From the NCBI GenBank assembly GCA_035949535.1, contig DASZIA010000650.1:45548-109547 (forward strand): a stretch of 64,000 nucleotides of DNA, read 5' to 3'. Shown here piece by piece: positions 7,863-16,303 of the stretch. The DNA comes from Planctomycetaceae bacterium. GTDB taxonomy: Bacteria > Planctomycetota > Planctomycetia > Planctomycetales > Planctomycetaceae. Under the pieces are notes generated by a model that saw only the letters and a list, made by a program, of their open reading frames with translations, did not search any database and was not told where the DNA came from. The position numbers were made by a program, and so were the translations under genes. Position 1 is the first letter of the stretch. Each line of letters starts with the position of its first letter.

Positions 7863-8909
7863 ATGCGCATCGTGACCGCAAACGTCCTAGTGACAGTTTT
7901 TCTAGTGGCGGCGAGCGGGCACGGTTTCGCCGCGGACGGTCCGACCGATGCCGCGCCCACAGTTCTGCAAGGGCCCAAGGCGCTGCCGCAATATAAGCAC
8001 GTCGTCCTGGTCGTCGAAGAAAACAAAGACTACGACCAGATCGTCGGCAACCCCTCGGCCGATTACATCAACAAGGTCTTGCTGGCCGAAGGAGCCTCCT
8101 TCACCAAGATGTATTCTGAAGAGCACTGCAGCCAGGGCAACTACTTCTGGTTGTTCTGCGGCAGCAACCTCGACGTCGGTTTCACCGACGTCATCCCGAC
8201 GAAGGCAAATAACCCGGCCTATCCGTTTCAAGCGAGCAATCTGGGTGCGCAGCTCTTCGCCCACCACCGCGACTTCAAGGGCTATTCGGAGACTTTGCCG
8301 GCGATCGGTTCCTGTATCGAATTTGTGGACGACGGGTGCGAACACATTTATGGACGCAAACACGTCCCCTGGGTCAGTTTTGGCAACCTGCCGAAGGGGA
8401 CGACGGTCAACAAATCCTGCAACCTGCGTTGGAAAGACTTTCCCAGCGACTTCAATGAGCTGCCGGACGTTGCGTTCGTGATCCCTAATCTGCGAAGCGA
8501 CATGCACAACGGTTCACTCCAAGGAAGCATCCGGTGCGGCGACACCTGGCTGAGGGACAATCTCGATTCGTATTACCAGTGGGCCAAAAAGAACGAAAGC
8601 CTGCTGATCGTGACGTTCGACGAAAGCGACGTCAAAGAAATGGGTTGCGGGGGTTTGACGGATCCGGCCGCCAAACCGGACACGCAACTCGGCAAGGACC
8701 AGCAGAACCGGGTCCTCACGATCTTCGCCGGCGCCCACATCAAGCACGCCGAGTACGCCGAGGGCAACGGCATCACGCACGTCAACATCTTGCGCACACT
8801 CGAGGCGATATATGGCTTGCCGAAGTCCGGTGCCCAGCAAGTGAACGCGGCCCGCGCCGGCATTTCAGACGATTACGTGATAACCGACGTGTTCGGGCGC
8901 ACGCCATGA
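7863..8909 (+). CDS. secreted phosphoesterase / acid-phosphatase-like protein
   Basis: ORF track gives 7758..8909. I moved the start to ATG 7863 (GGAGAGG 9 nt upstream), giving the signal peptide MRIVTANVLVTVFLVAASGHGFAADG. Motifs seen: KHVVLVVEENKDYDQIVG, PNLRSDMHNGS, LLIVTFDESD. Confidence 0.75.
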   Translation: MRIVTANVLVTVFLVAASGHGFAADGPTDAAPTVLQGPKALPQYKHVVLVVEENKDYDQIVGNPSADYINKVLLAEGASFTKMYSEEHCSQGNYFWLFCGSNLDVGFTDVIPTKANNPAYPFQASNLGAQLFAHHRDFKGYSETLPAIGSCIEFVDDGCEHIYGRKHVPWVSFGNLPKGTTVNKSCNLRWKDFPSDFNELPDVAFVIPNLRSDMHNGSLQGSIRCGDTWLRDNLDSYYQWAKKNESLLIVTFDESDVKEMGCGGLTDPAAKPDTQLGKDQQNRVLTIFAGAHIKHAEYAEGNGITHVNILRTLEAIYGLPKSGAQQVNAARAGISDDYVITDVFGRTP

Positions 8910-9105
8910 ACCGACCGTGCCTGCGGCTTGCAAACATGAAGGACCGGATGCGTGTTAGTTAGCCGCCCTAGGGACATCGCTCAGTTCCTCCAAACTGGTG
9001 AGCCGCTCGCGTGCTGCGTCGACGCTCCTCCGAAATGGATGAAGTGCAGCTCGGACCGCACGATGGCTTCCGGGCCGGCGTCGCCGGGGCGCCAAGGAGT
9101 ACCAA

Positions 9106-9906
9106 ATGGCGATCGTTCTTTCGGTCGGTGGCTTTCTGGTGTGCCTCATCGCAATCGCGACCACGCGCGCCCTGTCGCGGCAGAAGCTTGAGATCAAGTC
9201 GTCTGATGCAATCACCGCGGTTATGCCGGTCCTTGTCTGGCTAGTTGCTTCGGGCAGGATCAATCTAAAGGTTGGGGCAGACGGATTCCAGGTGACTCAG
9301 GCGATTAAGAGTGCGTACAGCGGTTCGGCCCCACAAACAGTCGGCGTTGCCGATCTCCCGGTTGACAGGGTTGTTGGTGCGTCGCGTCAAATCAAGTCGC
9401 CGCTCTCAGAGGTTAAGCCTCGTGTCGACTTGCTTGTTAAGAATCGCGTCCAAGTCCTTGTGTTTACGATGGGAACTGGCCACCAAGGAGAGGTAGTTGA
9501 TTATTATTTTCGGACGTTGATTCCCCACCCGTCCTTTCGGTTCTTTCTCATCAACTCGCAGGACGGCAAATACTTCGGCGTTATTCCGGCGCAAAGCGTG
9601 CAGGATTTGCTGAGTCAAGAGGGGGCAAACGATTCCCGCAAGGGAGCCCTTGCCGCACAGTTCGCCGGTTTTCTAAATGACTCCGACAAGGCGGGGATCC
9701 GTGCGATCCCAGGATTCAGCGACGCCTCGGTCGATGCACATGCGGACAAATTGGCCGCGTTACGAGAGCTCAATAAGGAAAATGTGGCATTCTTGCCAGT
9801 TATCAAGAACGGGCAGTTCGATAATGGCATTGTCGATCGACAGCGCCTGGTCACAAGCGTGCTTGTCGACATTTATGATGGTCTGGCGGACGTGGGAACC
9901 AAGTAA
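9106..9906 (+). CDS. membrane protein with C-terminal CBS-like region
   Basis: AAGGAG lies upstream of the ATG. There are two N-terminal hydrophobic helices (IVLSVGGFLVCLIAIATT, AVMPVLVWLVASG). The C-terminal FLPVIKNGQFDNGIVDRQRLVTSVL recalls CBS-domain strands. The stretch looks more AT-rich than its flanks by eye. Confidence 0.6.
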   Translation: MAIVLSVGGFLVCLIAIATTRALSRQKLEIKSSDAITAVMPVLVWLVASGRINLKVGADGFQVTQAIKSAYSGSAPQTVGVADLPVDRVVGASRQIKSPLSEVKPRVDLLVKNRVQVLVFTMGTGHQGEVVDYYFRTLIPHPSFRFFLINSQDGKYFGVIPAQSVQDLLSQEGANDSRKGALAAQFAGFLNDSDKAGIRAIPGFSDASVDAHADKLAALRELNKENVAFLPVIKNGQFDNGIVDRQRLVTSVLVDIYDGLADVGTK

Positions 9907-10140
9907 GGCGGAGGATTCGCCCGCGGGTACGCAGTCCATGTCGGCAGGCCAACTTTGTTCCGCGATATGCAGGCTAGACATAAGTGAAGAATGGGCAAGA
10001 AAAAGGGCGCCAAAGGTGCGAAGCAAACGTCCAGGCCGGGGAAAAGACCACGACGCGCGGGCGGCAATCGGCGCCGACAAGCAAGAGCCACCCGACCCAT
10101 TGAGCGTCGAACCACATCGTCCATCGAAGGAGTTTCATCC

Positions 10141-13119
10141 ATGAGTCCGCAGGCCCTTACACTCCCGTTCTGGCAGGTGCAATTCGATGAGACCGGTCAA
10201 CTGGTCGATCCTCCGGCCGTGGACACGGTTCTCCAGGCGCTGCGAAGTGAGGCACTGACGCATCTATTCATCTTCTCCCACGGGTGGAATAACTCCCCGG
10301 CCGATGCCAGAAGCCTCTATGACCGGTTCTTCGGCGCCATGTCCGCCCTGCTTCCCGATCGCCAGGCGGGCGTCAACAGTGGAACGCTTGGGATCTATTG
10401 GCCCTCGATGCGCTGGATTGACGAGGAACTACCGAGCGCGGATGAAGGTGGTCCGGCTGCTGTCTCTACTGCGTTGTCACCGAGCGCTTCAAGTGCGAGT
10501 GCCCAGGTTCTTGCGCTCAAGGCGGTCTATTCGACGCCGCAGCAACGCGCTGCGATCGACGCGTTGGCGGACATGCTGCAGTCGCGACCACGCGATCCGC
10601 TGGCACTCCAGCAGTTCCAGCACTATATGCAGCTGTTGACAACGACCCCGGAATCAGGTTTTCACCCGGAAGATAACGGCGAGCGCAACCTCTTAAGCGG
10701 GTCTCCGCAGGAGGTCTTTCAGCGATTCGCCCTGGTGACGCCGCGTTCCGTTGACCAAGGCGGGGTCGCTGGAATTGGGGACCTTGTTGACCGGATTTGG
10801 GACGGAGCGAAGGAAGCGCTCCGGCAGGCTACTTATTGGGAAATGAAGAAGCGTGCAGGCGTGGTCGGCCAGCAAGGTCTGGGGCTTCTAATTGCCCGCA
10901 TTCACCAGGCGCTGCCCTCGATTCGCGTTCATTTGCTTGGTCATAGTTTCGGGGCGCGCCTCGTTTCCTATTCGCTGGCTGGGTTGCCGGCCGCACTGAC
11001 GGGTTCAGCGTCACCCATCAAGTCGGTCACTTTGCTCCAGGGAGCATTCTCGCACTTTGCCTTTGCGAGCAGTCTGCCGTTTGATCCGTCGAATGGCGGC
11101 GGATTAGCCGGGATGCAGGCGCGCGTGGACGGCCCGATCGGCGTCACGCATACCCCGTGGGACACGGCTCTTGGAACCTACTACCCTTTGGCGTCGATGG
11201 CCGCTAACGATGCGACATCTGCGTTTGAGGACCTTCTGTTTCGTTGGAACGCGATGGGGCATGACGGAGCCCAGTCGGTCAATGCCAACGCAATCGGCGT
11301 CGGTCCAGTGGGAACAGATTACGCAGCATCAACCCGCGGCAGCCAGTTCACGAATTTTGATGCTAACGCTGTCATCCGTTTGGGCGGCCCGCCGTCCGGA
11401 GCGCATAGCGACATCGTTCACCCCGAAATCGCCTGGATCGTTCTTTCCGCTTCGCATGTCGCGGATCAGTCAGCCAATGTCAGCGGATCTGCCACTCAGG
11501 CAGCGGCTGGTTCCCCGCAAGGAGGCGCGGCGAGCCTCGCTCCCGTTGTTGAGACCACGGCGGAGCCACAACGGCAGGAAACATCTAGGTCATCATTTGA
11601 ACCAACGGAACCGCCGCTGATCCGCAACACAACAGTGTCCCTCGCTTTTAATATTCCGCAGGAGGATACCAGGCGGGCAAAAGCGGGCCTAAGGGCTGAT
11701 AACACGTCACCCTGCTCCGTGATGATTGAGCTGAACTTGCACCATCGCTTAGGGCTCGAGGGCGCCAAGGATCGCTTCCGCGCGCTATGGAAGACCCTGC
11801 CGCCGGCTGTGTCGCAAAGAGGATGGGTCGAGATTTCAGATACCTACATACGTTGTGATCTCAGCGTGGACGATGTCCGGATGCTTGCACTGCGCGACGA
11901 GCAAGAAGCCAAAGGAGATGAGAGCGCACACAGCATTTATCAAATCTGGCCTGACTTCCCCGTCCATCCACAGATTGATCAATCCGTCTCAACCATTAAG
12001 GGGGACGCGGCCCGGCGCTCGTACGATGCGACGGGAGCCAGCATCACGTGGGCCGTCATCGACACGGGGATCGACGCCTCCCATCCGCACTTTGCGACCT
12101 ATGACACGCTGGGAGGCGATGTTGCCCAGCTTCATTGCGACTTTACGATGCCAGACACGCCGGTCCCACCACGCATCATCTCCGCGCTAAGGGACACCTA
12201 CGGGCATGGTTCACACGTCTCTGGAATCATCGCCGGCGGACTCGTTGGAGGGGTTCCTGGCAAAACGCCGCCGCCCTATTTTGTCGCGGAATCAGTGCAA
12301 ACCCCGGGTGGACTTTCCAGTGTACAAGAGCGGCGAGGAGTCGATCCGTTACGTCTCACAGGGGTTGCCCCCCGGTGCAAGCTGGTCAGTTTGCGAATCC
12401 AGGGGGACGACGGACAGAATCTTTCATCAAACGTGATTCGTGCGCTGCAATACGTGCGAAAGGATCTCAACGGAAATGGCAAGCTCCTCAGGGTCCACGG
12501 CGTGAATCTGAGCCTCGGGTACGAGTTTGATGCACATTGGTTCGCCTGCGGGCAGAGTCCGATTTGCGTCGAAGTGAATCGACTCGTTCGCTCGGGCGTT
12601 GTCGTGGTTGTCGCGGCTGGAAATACCGGATATGGGACGCTCACCGCAGAACAGCGCCCTGGGACGAGGACCGGGATGGCGTTGACGATCAATGATCCCG
12701 GAAACGCCGATTTGGCCATCACGGTGGGATCAACACACCGTGACAGACCGCACACCTATGGCATCTCCTACTTTTCGTCAAAAGGCCCTACCGGCGACGG
12801 GCGGATAAAACCGGATCTCGTTGCGCCCGGAGAACGCATTACTTCGTGTGCCGCCGGCCGCAATCTGGACAAAATCGGGCCACTCATGGCGGGTAAGCCG
12901 CCGAATACGGCGTGCTACGTGGATGACAGCGGCACGAGCATGGCCGCACCTCACGTGTCGGGAGCGATTGCAGCCTTCCTTTCCATTCGCCGGGAATTCA
13001 TCGGCCAGCCCGAGAGAGTTAAAGAAATCTGCCTCGCGAACGCCACGCCTTTGGGACGTGAGCGGTACTTCGAAGGAAGTGGTCTCTTCGATCTGATGCG
13101 CATGATTCAGTCCGTTTAA
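10141..13119 (+). CDS. fusion protein: N-terminal alpha/beta hydrolase (DUF900-like) and C-terminal S8 subtilisin-family peptidase
   Basis: ORF track gives 9991..13119. I prefer ATG 10141, preceded by GAAGGAG at 10126-10132. The N-terminal half has LFIFSHGWNNSPADA..GIYWPS and HLLGHSFGARLV (GxSxG). The C-terminal half has the S8 triad motifs WAVIDTGIDASHPHF, HGSHVSGIIAG and SGTSMAAPHVSGAIAAF. Confidence 0.8.
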   Translation: MSPQALTLPFWQVQFDETGQLVDPPAVDTVLQALRSEALTHLFIFSHGWNNSPADARSLYDRFFGAMSALLPDRQAGVNSGTLGIYWPSMRWIDEELPSADEGGPAAVSTALSPSASSASAQVLALKAVYSTPQQRAAIDALADMLQSRPRDPLALQQFQHYMQLLTTTPESGFHPEDNGERNLLSGSPQEVFQRFALVTPRSVDQGGVAGIGDLVDRIWDGAKEALRQATYWEMKKRAGVVGQQGLGLLIARIHQALPSIRVHLLGHSFGARLVSYSLAGLPAALTGSASPIKSVTLLQGAFSHFAFASSLPFDPSNGGGLAGMQARVDGPIGVTHTPWDTALGTYYPLASMAANDATSAFEDLLFRWNAMGHDGAQSVNANAIGVGPVGTDYAASTRGSQFTNFDANAVIRLGGPPSGAHSDIVHPEIAWIVLSASHVADQSANVSGSATQAAAGSPQGGAASLAPVVETTAEPQRQETSRSSFEPTEPPLIRNTTVSLAFNIPQEDTRRAKAGLRADNTSPCSVMIELNLHHRLGLEGAKDRFRALWKTLPPAVSQRGWVEISDTYIRCDLSVDDVRMLALRDEQEAKGDESAHSIYQIWPDFPVHPQIDQSVSTIKGDAARRSYDATGASITWAVIDTGIDASHPHFATYDTLGGDVAQLHCDFTMPDTPVPPRIISALRDTYGHGSHVSGIIAGGLVGGVPGKTPPPYFVAESVQTPGGLSSVQERRGVDPLRLTGVAPRCKLVSLRIQGDDGQNLSSNVIRALQYVRKDLNGNGKLLRVHGVNLSLGYEFDAHWFACGQSPICVEVNRLVRSGVVVVVAAGNTGYGTLTAEQRPGTRTGMALTINDPGNADLAITVGSTHRDRPHTYGISYFSSKGPTGDGRIKPDLVAPGERITSCAAGRNLDKIGPLMAGKPPNTACYVDDSGTSMAAPHVSGAIAAFLSIRREFIGQPERVKEICLANATPLGRERYFEGSGLFDLMRMIQSV

Positions 13120-13254
13120 GAGTTGCTAGACCGCGCGGCACCTGATTCTGACACGGGATATACACGGCTCCACGGCCAAGTGTGTCCAACTGGCTTGTTG
13201 CGAACGCGGATCGAAAACGACACTCGATCTCGGCGTGGAAGGAGTGATTGAGCG

Positions 13255-14373
13255 ATGGCACGCTCCTCTCGACTCCGCGTAATGATTTCGAGCAGGTGCA
13301 ACGACCTTTTCCCTGCGAAAGGCGGCACCACTACTCTCACAGACATCCGCAAGAAGCTTAAGCAGCAAGTCGAGTTGGTCAGTCCGTTTGACAAGCAGCT
13401 ATTTGAGGTGTGGATCAACGAAGAAACCCCGCCAACAGGAGGAAGCTGGAGCAGCTGGGACGTTTGTCTCAACGCTGTTAAGGACTGCGACATTCTGCTT
13501 GCCCTGTCAAACGGCAATGCCGGCTGGGCCAAGAGCGCTGGAGATATCGGCATTTGCCACGCCGAATTAATGACCGGCCTGTCCCAGGCCCCCGGGAAGG
13601 TGTGGCTTATATCGCTGGGCAACGTCCCGATCGATTCTTCCGAGCAAGGCGAGCGCAATAGAAGATTCCAGGAATTCGTTGCCCTTCAGAACCTCTTTCG
13701 CGGTGCCGAGGTTAAGACGATTGCGGAATTAGAGCAGCGCGTCAAAGAGGCGTTGAATGAAGCTCTGTTGACGCTTGTTCAGCGAGGCGTGCGCGAGTCA
13801 ACGAAAGGGCGCTACTACAGCGGCCAGGCTCTGGATTGGACTCGCCTCAACTTCGCCAATCGGCAGTGTGAGATGCTGAAAGTCCTTCGCGAAGCCGTGC
13901 TACAGCATCCCAGCTCTGCTGAGGACAGTGGCAACGTGTTCATAAGCCTTGGCAGCGCTGAGGTACTCTTCGTGCTGCACGCGATACCTGCAGCATTCGG
14001 GGTTCCCGCCGCAAGAGAGCTGGTAGGACAGCCCTTCCTCCAAGACCACACGCTTCACGGCCTGTTCGTCCGCCGGCGCGTGGGCCCAATGCATGTGATC
14101 GCCTGCCATCGGTCAGCTACTGAGGCACAGGCGACAAAGCTCCTCGGGTTTCCTGATGCAACGGTCGTAAACGCTCCGTTCGGGATTTATGTGGCAGACA
14201 ACGTCCAAAAGGTCCAGTTTGCGTTTGTTTGCAATTGCCGCGACGATGCCACAACTCGCCACGGCGTGCAGCGATTCTTCGATTGGCTCGAGCAGACCGG
14301 CGAAGGGGCTCTTCTGGCGTCGCGCGCGGCGTCGCGAGCCAGGATTGTTAAAGCGATAGCCAAGGAGACCTGA
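13255..14373 (+). CDS. DUF4062-like (nucleoside deoxyribosyltransferase/TIR-like fold) N-terminal domain protein
   Basis: GGAAGGAG lies upstream. The N-terminal LRVMISSRCNDLF..IRKKLKQQVE..FEVWINE..CLNAVKDCDILLALSNGNAGW follows the DUF4062 pattern as I remember it (FISS..D.., E, C.D..v.i.g..yG). The remaining 260 aa or so are unassigned. Confidence 0.55.
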   Translation: MARSSRLRVMISSRCNDLFPAKGGTTTLTDIRKKLKQQVELVSPFDKQLFEVWINEETPPTGGSWSSWDVCLNAVKDCDILLALSNGNAGWAKSAGDIGICHAELMTGLSQAPGKVWLISLGNVPIDSSEQGERNRRFQEFVALQNLFRGAEVKTIAELEQRVKEALNEALLTLVQRGVRESTKGRYYSGQALDWTRLNFANRQCEMLKVLREAVLQHPSSAEDSGNVFISLGSAEVLFVLHAIPAAFGVPAARELVGQPFLQDHTLHGLFVRRRVGPMHVIACHRSATEAQATKLLGFPDATVVNAPFGIYVADNVQKVQFAFVCNCRDDATTRHGVQRFFDWLEQTGEGALLASRAASRARIVKAIAKET

Positions 14374-14590
14374 GTTTCCTCAGGGTTACAACGACGGGGA
14401 AGCGACAGAAGCCCGCGTCAACGACCGGCAACGGTATTACCACCCGGAGAGGCCCCGTCGTCGCTTTTAGGGGGTCTAGGAGCAGCGAATCCGCTCTCAG
14501 CCTGTTTCCAGCCTATTCCGTCGTTTGCCCTTCCACGGGCCATTTCCTGGGCACTTGGCATCAGGAGCAGTGGGTAGGCCACGACCGCCG

Positions 14591-14619
14591 TATGGCACAA
14601 GATGAGAACGTGTGCCATA
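14591..14619. promoter_or_regulatory. perfect 9-bp inverted repeat TATGGCACA-N11-TGTGCCATA upstream of the antitoxin gene
   Basis: Read directly. It lies about 70 nt upstream of the 14692 start and is immediately followed by TTGACA at 14631-14636. It is a candidate operator, or a hairpin. Confidence 0.35.
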
Positions 14620-14691
14620 TCTTTATCTTGTTGACACAGGATGGGAACTGTGGCAACGTTGTCGAGAAAGCATAAGTGGTGACGGTATGGT

Positions 14692-14934
14692 ATGACGGAT
14701 GTTCGTGTACGCGATCTTGACGATGACATCGTGAGCCTTTTGAAAGAACAGGCGCGAGGACGTCAGAGAACGCTGGAGAACTACATACGTGAAGTGCTCA
14801 CGGACCTGGCGACGCGGCCCAGGTGGGAACTCGCTGAGCGTGCCGCTCGATTGCGGGAGTCGATCAAGGCGGAGTCCGGCATTTTGACCGATTCGGCGCC
14901 CTTTGTCCGCGAGGAGCGGGATCGGCGCGGATGA
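14692..14934 (+). CDS. ribbon-helix-helix antitoxin (FitA/VapB-like)
   Basis: MTDVRVRDLDDDIVSLLKEQARGRQRTLENYIREVLTD is the classic Arc/MetJ-type antitoxin N-terminus. Its stop overlaps the start of the PIN ORF (ATGA). Confidence 0.75.
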   Translation: MTDVRVRDLDDDIVSLLKEQARGRQRTLENYIREVLTDLATRPRWELAERAARLRESIKAESGILTDSAPFVREERDRRG

Positions 14935-15191
14935 TCGTGGTCGACGCCAGCGTCGCCGTTAAGTGGTTTATCCCCGAACCTGGCGAAGAGGCGGCGGTGA
15001 AACTTCTCGACGGCACAAACGGGTTGATTTCGCCCGCGCTTATCCGGCTCGAGGTAACCGGGGCGATCATCCGGCGCTATCGCGAAGGACATTTGACGGA
15101 GAAAAAAGCCCGCGAGGAATTTGCGAGGCAAAAACGGCCTCATCTCAGGAGTTCATTCAGGAAGTTCTTTAAAGATGTCGGGGACCCTTAA
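14931..15191 (+). pseudogene. truncated PIN-domain (VapC-like) toxin
   Basis: MIVVDASVAVKWFIPEPGEEAAVKLL..LISPALIRLEVTGAIIRRYREGHLTEKKAREEF is a normal PIN N-terminal half. The ORF then ends at 86 aa with unrelated sequence. The C-terminal acidic residues and the T.D motif are missing. Confidence 0.6.
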
Positions 15192-15254
15192 GGAGTGCAT
15201 CTCAGCAGCTGCTTGCCCACTCTACGGAAGTCGGGCGGCCGGTCGGCTGAGCCA

Positions 15255-16163
15255 TCATTCCTCGGGCTCCCAGTCATCGGCTTTAACCCACCTCCCCCCG
15301 TCCTTAATTTCGATCTCCATAATCGGATGAATTTCCCAGATCGTTCCGCGCGACTTTCCCACGGCTTCCGGATGCCATTGATCGAGCATCAGCCAGCCGC
15401 TAATCCGCACGCGGTTTTCGGACTTCTTGATGGATTTCATCAGATCATAGGTCCACTTGGGATGCTGTGCCCGAATGCGGGGAGTGACCTCCACGACGAT
15501 GGAGTCGCTCTTGTCATCCTCGCTTGACGTCACCAAGCTGAGATGGAAGTCGACCATATCGTCGGCGTCCTCGCCACAGTTGCAGGATTCTGGCCCTTCC
15601 GCTTTCGTGTAGGCGATAAACCCTTCCACAGCAATTGGAACGCCCTCGTAGCGTGACACCGCTTCTCGGGTTTCCAGCGGCCAAGCGGCTCGCTTACGCG
15701 GCAATTCGGCTGGATAGTCGAGATTCCGCACCGCCCCAAACTTGACAGGAATCCACTCGCTCCATTTATCCACGCGATTCTTCAGCCGATTCAATTCACC
15801 GTCGCCGCCGCTTCCCTCGGCTCCGCAGTTTTTGAATGTCGTTGACCGCGGTGTCGGTTTCTGCGGCATGTTGGGCAAACCGGTCGATTCGTCGAGTGTC
15901 CAGGTTCTCGTCGCTGCTCGCGCCGCTTGAGGAGCCAGATTGACCTTGAATTCTCCCGCCCTTGGGGGCGCGATTTCATTGAGCCGCCTTTCGATTCGGT
16001 CCAATCGATCAAGAATTCGATCGATCTTCTCATCGGTCGATACGGCCTTGTGAGGCGACGACGGGGGCGGATCGCCTCCATGCGTGACAATCGCAAACGG
16101 TCCGACGGTGACCGCTAACACGAGAACGGCGACGGTGGCAGCCCAGAAGCGGCTGTATTTCAT
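15255..16163 (-). CDS. secreted hypothetical protein with conserved His-motif C-terminal domain (D.HL.L / D..H / WEIHP); paralog of 26678..27583
   Basis: The signal anchor is MKYSRFWAATVAVLVLAVTVGPFA. The C-terminal DFHLSLV..VEVTP..ISGWLMLDQWH..TIWEIHPIMEIE aligns with DYHLILG..AEVSG..VTGSLFFDIDH..TAWEIHPVTAIE of 26678..27583. Confidence 0.7.
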   Translation of the reverse strand: MKYSRFWAATVAVLVLAVTVGPFAIVTHGGDPPPSSPHKAVSTDEKIDRILDRLDRIERRLNEIAPPRAGEFKVNLAPQAARAATRTWTLDESTGLPNMPQKPTPRSTTFKNCGAEGSGGDGELNRLKNRVDKWSEWIPVKFGAVRNLDYPAELPRKRAAWPLETREAVSRYEGVPIAVEGFIAYTKAEGPESCNCGEDADDMVDFHLSLVTSSEDDKSDSIVVEVTPRIRAQHPKWTYDLMKSIKKSENRVRISGWLMLDQWHPEAVGKSRGTIWEIHPIMEIEIKDGGRWVKADDWEPEE

Positions 16164-16303
16164 GCTACATCCTTTACGAAAGGCGATTGTCTTGTATCCG
16201 AACGCAATGGCTTTCGCATTGCGATTGTCGGCGCAGTTGAAATCGAAGCGTCGGCCTCAAACTCGAATCTCATACGCATGAACTCTCAGCCGTTCCCACG
16301 AAT

